Source: the human T2T-CHM13v2.0 reference genome, Homo sapiens. From it: DNA of 64,000 nt. The position numbers and the translations under genes are program-made. This document shows positions 58,033 to 64,000 of this stretch, piece after piece. Numbering within the stretch: the first letter of the stretch is position 1; every line of letters begins with the position of its first letter. The DNA is taken from assembly GCF_009914755.1 (NCBI RefSeq), contig NC_060925.1; one strand, given 5' to 3'. The notes under the pieces are model-generated. The model searched no databases. It saw only the letters and a list, made by a program, of their open reading frames with translations, and was not told the origin of the DNA.

Positions 58033-64000
<5,968 letters not shown>

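Overview
AT-rich, repeat-dense primate (human-like) genomic DNA containing one complete protein-coding gene, RGS13 (regulator of G-protein signalling 13, R4 family), on the + strand. It has three putative 5'-UTR exons (~31289-31454, 32727-32797, 33301-33340) and four coding exons (39402-39466, 42993-43054, 53268-53434, 54405-54590). The coding exons splice with GT-AG ends and consistent phases into a 480-nt, 159-aa ORF, followed by a 3' UTR with AATAAA at 55305. The rest is mostly mobile DNA: two large antisense L1PA copies (one with a 5' twin-priming inversion, one near full length running off the window end), short L1 3' ends, ancient L1M, L2, MIR and MLT pieces, about 9 Alu/FLAM copies, a MADE2 MITE and simple repeats. 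Nearly all other ORFs in the track are repeat-derived or spurious. No new gene system is evident. The most notable observations are a likely L1-mediated 3' transduction inside an RGS13 intron, a 40-nt UTR exon that looks like a complete 3' splice site abutting a donor, an exon-3-dependent uORF arrangement separated from the main ORF by a single stop, and compact lineage-type transcription-factor motif clusters. Repeat subfamily calls and boundaries are by eye and approximate.
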